This document shows, one piece after another, positions 56,562 to 64,000 of a stretch of DNA of 64,000 nt; the first letter of the stretch is position 1, and every line of letters starts with the position of its first letter. The notes below the pieces were generated by a model that was not told the DNA's origin, ran no database searches, and saw only the letters and a program-made list of their open reading frames with translations. The DNA comes from Planctomycetota bacterium (lineage in GTDB: Bacteria; Planctomycetota; PLA2; JAEUHO01): contig CBDCTJ010000007.1 in assembly GCA_965222115.1 (NCBI GenBank), forward strand, positions 1,888,001 to 1,952,000, in the 5' to 3' direction. Both the position numbers and the translations under genes were made by a program.

Positions 56562-57953
56562 ATGGCGCGTTGGCACTTGATACAGAATGCAACCCGCGTG
56601 CTCGACACCACCCATGCCCTCGATCTCCGTGGTGTAGATCTCTGGATTCGAAACGGCACACTGATCGATGTGATAGCAAGCGGTTCGGACGCCCCTGCAT
56701 TGCTCAAGCCCGATGATGAACTTCACATCGTGGACGCACACGGCTTGCTCGTTACGCCGCGGTTTATGGACATTCATGTGCATTTTCGTGAGCCGGGAAA
56801 CGAGGACGCGGAAACGCTGGCGACGGGACGCAGGGCGGGATTGCGCGGCGGCTACGGGTGTGTGTTCACTATGGCGAACACCACGCCGGTCTGCGATGAA
56901 CCGGGCCTTGTGGAACGAACCGTAAACGCACCCATGGGCGACGATCCGTGTGACGTGGTTCCTGTGTCGGCCCTCAGTCGGGGGCTACGAGGTAGTGAAC
57001 TCGTTGACTTGGAGGCTATGGCTGCGGCAGGGGCCGGCGCGTTTAGTGATGACGGCACGTGGTTGGCCGATCGAATGTTGGCGCGCCAGGCCTTTCAGTG
57101 GGCGGCGAAGAACAACGTTTTGATCATGCAACACTGCGAGGACTTCGAGGTTACGGGGCCGGGCGTACTGCACGCGTGTTCATGTACTCACACTGCGGAC
57201 ATTCCCGGTATTGATCGCCGCGCCGAAGACAAGGCCGTGGCCGCCGATATCGCGTTGGCCGAGGAGACGCACGCAGCGTTTCATGTGTGCCACATTTCCA
57301 CCGAAGGCGCCGTGAAGGCGTTGCGGGCCGGTCGTGAACGTGGGCTTTCCGTTACCGGTGAAGTTACGCCGCATCATTTGCTTTTGACCGCGGACGACGC
57401 CGTTGCCGGGGGTGTGGATTTCAAAATGAAGCCACCACTACGTGAATCAAACGATGTAGACGCATTGATTGACGCTTTGCAAGATGGGACCATTGAGGCG
57501 ATCGCAACCGATCACGCGCCTCACACCGACGCGAGCAAAGCCGGCGGCCTGCTGCGCGCCCCCTTTGGTGCCATCGGCCTTGAGACAGCGTTCCCGTCGC
57601 TCTATACGGGGCTGGTCAAGACGGGTCGGTTGGATCTTGAACGGCTCGTTTCTGGGCTCACCACAGGTCCCGCGCGCATCGTGGGTCGTGACGTCCCTCT
57701 CATTGCCGTGGGCGAGGCATTCGACGCGAATCTGATCGATCTGGAGCACGAGGAAGCCGTCGATCGCGACCTGCTTGCCTCAAGGAGCAAAAATTGCCCA
57801 TTTCATGGCCTGACGCTCATCGGCTGGCCGGTGGCGTCCTTTTGCCGGGCCCAGCTCTTAGTCCATCGGCCCAGAATCAATGAGCGAATCCGCACCTACC
57901 ACAACGCGAACGAGCGTCTTGAGGGCGATTCTGGACCCCCCAAAACGACGTAA
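56562..57953 (+). CDS. pyrC: Dihydroorotase
   Basis: DIHVHFREPG, MANTTP, FSDDG, HCED, HVCHIST, EVTPHHL, KMKPPLR, ATDHAPH, APFG..GLET. Confidence 0.95.
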   Translation: MARWHLIQNATRVLDTTHALDLRGVDLWIRNGTLIDVIASGSDAPALLKPDDELHIVDAHGLLVTPRFMDIHVHFREPGNEDAETLATGRRAGLRGGYGCVFTMANTTPVCDEPGLVERTVNAPMGDDPCDVVPVSALSRGLRGSELVDLEAMAAAGAGAFSDDGTWLADRMLARQAFQWAAKNNVLIMQHCEDFEVTGPGVLHACSCTHTADIPGIDRRAEDKAVAADIALAEETHAAFHVCHISTEGAVKALRAGRERGLSVTGEVTPHHLLLTADDAVAGGVDFKMKPPLRESNDVDALIDALQDGTIEAIATDHAPHTDASKAGGLLRAPFGAIGLETAFPSLYTGLVKTGRLDLERLVSGLTTGPARIVGRDVPLIAVGEAFDANLIDLEHEEAVDRDLLASRSKNCPFHGLTLIGWPVASFCRAQLLVHRPRINERIRTYHNANERLEGDSGPPKTT

Positions 57954-58490
57954 GTTCCCTCAAAAAATGGTGTTGGGATCAACGACCGCTAAAAATTGTA
58001 ATGGAATGATGTTTGCGATTCTTCCCTCGCCGGAATCGGTCCCGCCCGCGGCGGGAGACTGCTGCTAGCGAGCGCCGTTTGTTTGGTGTTCGTCTCGCAA
58101 ACATATTGATTTCGGTTCGGTGTCGAATTTGAGGCAGTGGCGGTGCCGCTGCTATTTCGGTCGGTTTGTCAGTTAGAGCGGGTTCGGTCGTGACTGCGTC
58201 CAATATCCGCTTTACGGTTGACCGGCGCGTCCGTAAGTTAGGAGCGTTCAAAGGTTAGGAAAGTCCAGCGATCCGGATTCTTTGCGGTCCAGGGTCGTGG
58301 GGCGGGTTTTCGGTTGCGGGACGTTTACAAACACGGATTCACAAAGACAAGGGTTGGCTGAGCGCTGAGAACGAGTTTGTCGCGCTATCGAGTCAACGCC
58401 TTTGATTCACGAGAGTTTTTGGAAAGCAAGATCCCCTAAGAGCACATGCGTATCGCGAGCGCGTGAAGGTTGCGGGGTGAGGAGCTGCAG

Positions 58491-60788
58491 ATGGTCCGAA
58501 CAAATCGAGAAGGACGAGTAAGGCAATCTCGCCTTATTCAGCGTGCGGCACGCCTACGTCAGAAGGTGGGCTGTGTACTCGCACTTTGTGCTTCGATCGG
58601 CGTGAGCATGATGGCCGCTTCGTGTGGCGGCGGGGGTACGGGTAGTGCCGCCGCAGAGATGCGTTTGGTCGAATTCCTAATTGTGGACCGCGCGTTGAAT
58701 CCAGCGGCCTCAACAGGAAGTTTGAGCGTTCCGCGCAATGCTCAGTTCTTGATGGTCTTTTCCGAGATTGTTGACCCGGCCACGGTGGACCAGCAGACCA
58801 TTCAGGTGCGCACCGGCCCGGCCTTTCAGAGCGTGCCTACGGGATCCTTCTCGGTGTCCGGTCGTCGCGTGGTCTGGGACCCAACGGTCGATGTGCAGGG
58901 CCAGCCCAATCCACAGGGGTTGCCGTCAATCCAACAGTTCAGCATCAACATTCCGAGCTTTGAAGAGCAGCCGGGTGTCGTAAACAACTTGGACGCCGAC
59001 CCCAACTTGAGTGCGTTCTTCACCAACTTCACTACATCCGATGGCTACCTGCGCGAATTGGTTCCGCCGGAGTTTGTCGGGTTCTACTTCATTCCGGAGC
59101 CCGATCCACTTACCGGTCAGATTCCTGGCAATGGTGTCTTGGCACTAGAGTTCTCCGAGGCGATGGACCCCGCCACATTCATTCAGTCCCTCGGACCGGA
59201 ACCCACTGCAGCTTCTGGTGTCGATATCCGCTATTTGGGCGGCACGCCCATCACGCCGCCGCCGGCTGTCAACGCGCCGGTTGCGGGTAAGTCCATCCCC
59301 GGTACGTTCACCAACGACGCAGCCATGAAGACCTTCTTCTTCAAGCCTGCGTTCTCGTTCGGCGATCAGAACTTTGTGTTCAACTTCAGCGTGTTTCAGG
59401 CGCTCAAGGATCTCGCGGGCAACTCGCTGATCAACCCTCAGAGTCGTGGCGATTTCGTTTGCGACGGTCTCGGAAACGCGACGGGTTCGTTGCTCATTCA
59501 GGATTTTGAAAACACCGGTCCGTTCAAGCCAGACCACGACATCACGGCGGCGCCACCCGCCGACTGGGGTACGGGTGAAGCGGGCACGTTGCAGGGCGTA
59601 CTGACTCCGCCGCGTGAGCAGACGATCTACGGGTACTTTGAGGCCGATGGGAATGACGACGGGACTTCAAATCGCGGCCAATACTCGGCCACTCCCGATC
59701 CATTGGTAGGCGCAGATTTGAATCAGTTCGTTACGCCGGCCGTTCCCACGTCGGAAGGGCGTCGTGTGATGTTGTCCTTTAGCCATGAGGATATGGGGCC
59801 GCGTGGCAGCATTGTGGGCGCCGGCTGGGGGCCCGATTTCAATCGCACGTTTGCGGCGCTGTATCAGAACATTTATCTGCGCGCTGGCTACCAAGCCAAC
59901 GACAGCGTGACATTGTCTGCTTCGTTCGCTGCCAACTTCAAGGGCGACCCCGCGCTGCTTTATCAGGGTGACTACACCGTGGGTAGTAATGCGGACGTTG
60001 GCAACAAGGCTACGCCTACCTATAATGGAGAGCCAAACGTCGGTGGTGCGCCAGGTTGCGTTTTTGCGAACTCGACGACCCAGTTCCTGTTTGACTGGAC
60101 GGGCTTTTACGACTGGCCGGCATTTACAAACTTCTTTGAATGGGATCCGGCTCCATCCACATCGGGTGCCGACCCGGTGTTCATATTTGACGCCAGCGTG
60201 CCGGAAGGTTCTACGTTCCAGGCCATGCGTCGGTGGTCGGCGACCACGTTCGTGTGCTCGGGATTCCAGATTCCTTCTTATCCGCTGCGGCGGTTGATGG
60301 GTATCTACGAGCAAGACGTAGTCAAGCCGCCGGAGCAGTTTGGCGTCACGCGCAATCCTGAGAACTCACTTGCCGACACGTTGTTCACGATCAGGACAGT
60401 GCGGAGCCTTGCGCGTTCGAAGTTCTACACGCCCACATTGCCGCTTCCGGGTGATCCCACGTTCCCCAACGGGGTTTCGGGTGGGTCCGTGTCGCTTGGT
60501 GGGACCACGTTCGGTACGAATTCGGATTATCTGACGCCTCAGATTGTTCCGCCCGTACAGGCGGGCGGCGCCAAGGTCGTGATTGAGTACCAGGGTGCAC
60601 AAGCGGTGCTTGCAGATCGCACCACCATCGACGCTGCGTTCCCGTTCACGGACTGGACACAGAATATCGATGACTGCGATGGCTATGCGTGCATTCGCTG
60701 GCGCGCCACGTTGATTGCCAACATTGTGAGCGAAGTTGTTCCCCAGGTCACTTCGATCACCATTCCGGTGCAGTCGTCCGGCCCCTAG
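58491..60788 (+). CDS. Large lipoprotein with Ig-like (SbsA/Big_5-type) domains
   Basis: MAAS-C-GGGG lipobox-like site; FSEIVDPATV and FSEAMDPATF Ig motifs, LKDLAGNSL; GAGGAG RBS. Confidence 0.8.
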   Translation: MVRTNREGRVRQSRLIQRAARLRQKVGCVLALCASIGVSMMAASCGGGGTGSAAAEMRLVEFLIVDRALNPAASTGSLSVPRNAQFLMVFSEIVDPATVDQQTIQVRTGPAFQSVPTGSFSVSGRRVVWDPTVDVQGQPNPQGLPSIQQFSINIPSFEEQPGVVNNLDADPNLSAFFTNFTTSDGYLRELVPPEFVGFYFIPEPDPLTGQIPGNGVLALEFSEAMDPATFIQSLGPEPTAASGVDIRYLGGTPITPPPAVNAPVAGKSIPGTFTNDAAMKTFFFKPAFSFGDQNFVFNFSVFQALKDLAGNSLINPQSRGDFVCDGLGNATGSLLIQDFENTGPFKPDHDITAAPPADWGTGEAGTLQGVLTPPREQTIYGYFEADGNDDGTSNRGQYSATPDPLVGADLNQFVTPAVPTSEGRRVMLSFSHEDMGPRGSIVGAGWGPDFNRTFAALYQNIYLRAGYQANDSVTLSASFAANFKGDPALLYQGDYTVGSNADVGNKATPTYNGEPNVGGAPGCVFANSTTQFLFDWTGFYDWPAFTNFFEWDPAPSTSGADPVFIFDASVPEGSTFQAMRRWSATTFVCSGFQIPSYPLRRLMGIYEQDVVKPPEQFGVTRNPENSLADTLFTIRTVRSLARSKFYTPTLPLPGDPTFPNGVSGGSVSLGGTTFGTNSDYLTPQIVPPVQAGGAKVVIEYQGAQAVLADRTTIDAAFPFTDWTQNIDDCDGYACIRWRATLIANIVSEVVPQVTSITIPVQSSGP

Positions 60789-60870
60789 TTCGAAGAGATC
60801 GCGCCGAGAGGATTGCGTCGAGATGAACGCGGGATTGTCGGTGGCACGCTCGCGAGTTATGAAGCACGAA

Positions 60871-60894
60871 CCCGGCGGTCATGGGACCGCCGGG
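60871..60894 (+). other. GC-rich hairpin between the two large lipoprotein genes
   Basis: CCCGGCGGTC-atgg-GACCGCCGGG, no U-tract. Confidence 0.45.
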
Positions 60895-61108
60895 GGCTCG
60901 TTCGACGAGCGACGTATAGATCAAGAGTCGAGAGTCCAAGAGACTTCGAGCGAGCGGCACATGTGTGAGACGTATGCCCAGAGGGTGCGTTTCAAGCGCA
61001 CGAGGCGTTTAGGTCAAGGCGTAAGAAACATAGAGAATCGTGAGTCGGTCCGTTCAGTGGCATCTGCGCGCGGCTGACTTGAAAAGAAATCGTAAGGAGA
61101 TTCGTTCG

Positions 61109-64000
61109 ATGAATCTTAGTCAAGCAAATACGAATCAGGGCACGGCCTCGCGAGGCGGCTGGATCCGTGCGCGGCTAGCCTGCATTGCGCTCATGGTGAG
61201 TGTCGTCAGTGTCGGCACCAGCATGACTTCATGTGGTGGCGGTGGAGGCGGTGGGGGTGACCCCGACCTCGTGCTGGTGGGGTTCAACCTGCCAAACATT
61301 TCCGGGGTTGCGCTCAACACGCCCATCATCCTCACCTACAGCGCACCGATTGATCCGCAAAGTGTCACGCTCGATACGCTGCGAATCACCGGGAACCCCA
61401 ACCCGCAATTTGACCGCACGATTGTTGACGGCGCGGTGATTGCGGTGCTGCCGCAGACCCCCAGCTTCTCCGACTACTCGGATGTGGGACTTGCGCCGGG
61501 GACGACCTATACGGTCAGCATGCCCACCTTCCCCGCGATCGACACGATTGAATCGACCTCGGGGAAGCCGTTGCTTGAAGCCGAGACCTACAACTTCACC
61601 ACGACGCCCACCATTACGTTTGTTGAGCCGCGCCGCGCGTTCTTGTATGGCGTTCCTCCGAGCGCAGGTGGAACCAGCGACACCGAGGGGTGTTTGCAGA
61701 ACTCGCAAAACGCGCTCTACGTGTCGCCTACCGTGGATCCGTCCGTCGTACAGACCGGGTCGGCGCCGGGTGCGAACTTGATTTGTTTGTGGAACCAGGG
61801 CGCGCCGCGCGTCATTGAGCCCTCCGCCACACCTCGCCACGACCAGCGCGCGGTTGGCCTGCCTTCCAACGCATTGCCTGGCTTCGTCGAGATTCCTGCG
61901 ATTCGTATCCCCATCAATGAGCCGCTCGATCCGCTTACGGTCGCGCAGTACATCCCCACGTCACAGTTGGGCGTGAATGTCCAGTTGTGGCACGTGGCCG
62001 AAAGTGATGGGACCTTCCCGCCCTTCAACGGCATCCGTCAGATTCCGACGAACCAGCCGAGCGCCATTCAGGACAACGGTAGCTTCGAGATTCTGCTCGT
62101 GCCATCAGGTCCTATTCCGCAGGGTACGTTTGTTATCAACATCTCTCCTGCGGTCACGGACCTACCTGGCAATGGTCTCACGACGGCCGACGCCCCGTCT
62201 CCTGCGATTGGCGGATACGATCAATACACGGGTCAGACCGCGTTCACCGACACGATTCCGGCTGGATACAAGATCTTCTTCCAGACGTTGCAAGTGCCTG
62301 GCGAGTTCTTGTCGTTGGCGGACCAGTTTGATGCCAACACCCATGAGTGGGGCGATCTCGCCAACGGCGACGCGGAAACGATCAACGACGAGACGGGTGT
62401 GTTCACCATGAGCACGACCCCCGCCGATCCCGATGACGACAACACCGGTGGTACAACGACGCCGAACAAGACCACGACGTTTACTGCCGCGGATCCCAGT
62501 GCCACGTTCATTGGACAGTCAACCACGGCCAACTGGGGTGGCGGCAATCTCGCCACCACCGGTTTCCGATTCATGAATCTGGACAGCCTGCGCGTCAACG
62601 AAGACGCGGACTCGGGCGCAAGTGCTCTTAAGGCGGTGTGGAAGCCCTACTCCGGTTCCGGTGTGGATGGCGTGTTTACGACAACCAGTTCGCAGACCAT
62701 CGACACCACGCCGGGCAGTGCTACCGCGAGTAGCAATGCAGACGCGATCTACGAATTCGAGGAGTTCACCGTCGCTGCTGGGCACACGCTCACCGTATCG
62801 GGTAGCCGCCCGCTCGTGATTCTTTGCCGCGGCGACGTCACGATCAATGGCGAGATTCACGCCAACGGAGCGCAAGGCGGCCCCGGTCTTAACACGGACG
62901 GTTCAGCTACCTATACCAATCCGCCGACGATTCCGTTTGGTGGCGAAGGCGGTGCTGCAAACGCCGGCGGTGGCCGAGGCGGCAACGGCGCCGACCCCGT
63001 GTTGGCCATTGCATCAGGTAACGGAACTGGACCCGAGAGCATCTTCGGCACGTTCCTTGCCGAGAACACCGTGAGTGGTGGTGGTTCGGGTATATCGGGT
63101 GATGACTCCGCAGCAGGCGGCAACGGCAACAACGAAGTGGCCGGTGGTGGCGCCGGTGGCGGCTTCGCGACCGCTGGTGGCGGAGGCACATTGGCCGATG
63201 GCGGCCTTGGTAGCACAGCCGGTGCAGCCTTTGGGAATCCCGAGTTCCATCGCCTCTTGACTCACTTCCAACCCGATCGTGGCTACAGCCCCATGGCTGA
63301 TGTTACCGGAGGTACTGGTGGCGGCGGTGGCGGCTTGGACGATGACAATGGCGCCGCTGAGCTTGGCAATGCCACGCCAGAGAACGGTGACGATGGCGGT
63401 GGCGGTGGTGGCGCCGGTGGCGGTGGCATCATGATCATTGCGCACGGCAAGATTACCGTTGCCGGTTCGATTCAGTGCAACGGTGGCGCCGGTGGTAATA
63501 CCTACGCCGAAGCCGATCAGACGGTAGACGGCACGCCCGCGGTTACGGGCGTCAATCTTGCGGCCGCGGCCTCCGGTGACGGTGGTCCTGGTGGCGGTGG
63601 CTCGGGTGGCGGCATCTTGCTTGCCGGTCGTGATGGCGTCGAGGTTACGGCTGCCGGATCAATATCTGCCGTGGGTGGCGCCGGTGGCGCCTCGGGCGAC
63701 ATCGATTTGGTCGGTGGTACGGGCAGCGATGGCCGCATTATCCTCGCCAAGTTTGCTGGCGCAGGTGGCACGGTAGTCAATAGCGGCACCGTCAATCCCG
63801 CACCCACGACAACCGTGGACTATGCGCCCACAGTAGATCTTGCCAGTGTTGCGCAGAGCGACTGGTACGACTTGCTAGGACCTCCCGTAGTGTTCGCACC
63901 CAAGGTTCCGGATACGCCAACGGGTATTCCGCAGTTGCCGGTTTTCAATAGCAACTTCTCGGACCTCACGGCAGCTGGCCTTGTGCAGGGAACCGACTGG
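61109..64000 (+). CDS. Very large lipoprotein with Ig-like domains and a glycine-rich domain; 3'-truncated by window edge and absent from the supplied ORF track
   Basis: TAAGGAG RBS, ATG 61109; MTS-C-GGGGGGGG; YSAPIDPQSV, INEPLDPLTV, VTDLPGNGL; Gly-rich GGGGGGAGGGG blocks from about 62870; N-terminal and final stretches translate without stops, and the track lists no closed ORF in this frame (at least 964 codons). Confidence 0.88.
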   Translation, partial: MNLSQANTNQGTASRGGWIRARLACIALMVSVVSVGTSMTSCGGGGGGGGDPDLVLVGFNLPNISGVALNTPIILTYSAPIDPQSVTLDTLRITGNPNPQFDRTIVDGAVIAVLPQTPSFSDYSDVGLAPGTTYTVSMPTFPAIDTIESTSGKPLLEAETYNFTTTPTITFVEPRRAFLYGVPPSAGGTSDTEGCLQNSQNALYVSPTVDPSVVQTGSAPGANLICLWNQGAPRVIEPSATPRHDQRAVGLPSNALPGFVEIPAIRIPINEPLDPLTVAQYIPTSQLGVNVQLWHVAESDGTFPPFNGIRQIPTNQPSAIQDNGSFEILLVPSGPIPQGTFVINISPAVTDLPGNGLTTADAPSPAIGGYDQYTGQTAFTDTIPAGYKIFFQTLQVPGEFLSLADQFDANTHEWGDLANGDAETINDETGVFTMSTTPADPDDDNTGGTTTPNKTTTFTAADPSATFIGQSTTANWGGGNLATTGFRFMNLDSLRVNEDADSGASALKAVWKPYSGSGVDGVFTTTSSQTIDTTPGSATASSNADAIYEFEEFTVAAGHTLTVSGSRPLVILCRGDVTINGEIHANGAQGGPGLNTDGSATYTNPPTIPFGGEGGAANAGGGRGGNGADPVLAIASGNGTGPESIFGTFLAENTVSGGGSGISGDDSAAGGNGNNEVAGGGAGGGFATAGGGGTLADGGLGSTAGAAFGNPEFHRLLTHFQPDRGYSPMADVTGGTGGGGGGLDDDNGAAELGNATPENGDDGGGGGGAGGGGIMIIAHGKITVAGSIQCNGGAGGNTYAEADQTVDGTPAVTGVNLAAAASGDGGPGGGGSGGGILLAGRDGVEVTAAGSISAVGGAGGASGDIDLVGGTGSDGRIILAKFAGAGGTVVNSGTVNPAPTTTVDYAPTVDLASVAQSDWYDLLGPPVVFAPKVPDTPTGIPQLPVFNSNFSDLTAAGLVQGTDW

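Noticed and set aside
58138-58153. Sigma-54 promoter for the large lipoprotein (TGGCGGTGCCGCTGCT)
   Set aside because: Only the GG-N10-GC spacing matches, it is about 340 bp from the ATG, and it is explained by a local hairpin

Overview
GC-rich bacterial chromosomal window. The gene content and protein styles (prepilin-like protein, HEAT lipoprotein, very large Ig/Gly-rich lipoproteins, rpoN-hpf-ptsN-HPr cluster) suggest Planctomycetota, which is an inference. It is mostly housekeeping: uvrB-uvrC, transaldolase, xerD, lspA, pyrD, secA, waaA (two homopolymer frameshifts), metK, dnaE, dnaX-recR, rpoN-truA-hpf-ptsN-ptsH, ptsI, rne/rng-rplU-rpmA-obgE, coaX and pyrC. It also holds a type IV pilus/T2SS-like set (pilM, pilN, an extended PilO with a PilP/GspB-like tail, a secretin, PilT/U, a PDZ GspC-like protein and a pilin) and two very large tandem lipoproteins, the second running off the window end. 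I found no tRNA, rRNA, CRISPR array, transposase or reverse transcriptase. The most unusual signals are: (i) at least four genes followed by diverged copies ('echoes') of their own last codons plus stop codon, two of them with mainly synonymous differences; (ii) a 209-bp MITE-like element and other highly structured intergenic palindromes; (iii) large disordered insertions in RpoN and RNase E/G; (iv) an apparently fused PilO-PilP-like protein; (v) a pair of small, very acidic paralogous lipoproteins, one with a clean sigma-54 promoter motif.
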